Below are positions 63,801 through 64,000 of a stretch of 64,000 nucleotides of DNA, piece by piece. Source of the stretch: Takakia lepidozioides (lineage: Eukaryota > Plantae > Bryophyta); contig CM060733.1 of NCBI GenBank assembly GCA_030704615.1, positions 61,504,001 to 61,568,000 of the forward strand, read 5' to 3'. Each line of letters begins with the position of its first letter. Within the stretch, counting starts at the first letter, position 1. The notes under the pieces were generated by a model that worked only from the letters and a program-made list of their open reading frames with translations, searched no databases and was not told the DNA's origin. The translations under genes were made by a program, and so were the position numbers.

Positions 63801-64000
63801 CTCGAGTCCCTTTGGTGAGACTCCACCACTCTTTGTGTCCTTCAACCTATCAAATGAAGGTTCTCTCTTCCCGAAGTTGGCCTCAGCCCCATATATCTTC
63901 GCCCGTGCTGACAATGCTGCAAGGGCCGCCGTCCTGGCACAGCGTTGGGCCTTCTTTCTGCTTTCAATGCGAGCCCGTAGTTTTCTCTTCTCCTCGTCCT
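60885..64000 (-). CDS. Probable multi-exon host gene of unknown function (partial, enters from the window edge)
   Basis: Long same-strand ORFs 63249-63914 (open to the edge) and 61850-62620 with plausible GT/AG sites (about 63254, 63005, 62674, 61966); no recognisable domain. Confidence 0.45.

Overview
Repeat-dense eukaryotic DNA, most likely from a non-seed land plant. This is inferred from PLS-class PPR remnants, an ABCG11-like fragment and plant-type L1/CACTA elements. The left 14 kb holds one intact intronless membrane-protein gene, PPR and ABCG pseudogene fragments, tRNA-derived SINEs and hAT/PIF MITEs with clean TSDs. The rest is mostly nested transposons. (1) At 48574-59818 is an 11.2 kb Ty3/Gypsy-like retroelement. 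Its single polyprotein frame reads gag-protease-C5 DNA methyltransferase (DNMT3-like)-RT-RNaseH-integrase-PHD finger. It has no conventional LTR pair; its ends are split direct repeats (A1...B1-A2-B2) and it carries a 4-bp TSD. (2) At about 19.1-25.1 kb is a decayed multi-exon gene with a ParB/Srx-like domain and a C-terminal beta-class N4C/N6A methyltransferase-like domain. Its apparent introns carry about 14 copies of a 24-bp GATC-containing palindrome. (3) A CACTA element with a 2-bp TSD split an L1 LINE, and the two halves are now inverted relative to each other. (4) There is also a 6 kb foldback-like element. Nearly all TE ORFs carry stops or frameshifts. All calls come from reading motifs by eye; no searches were run.
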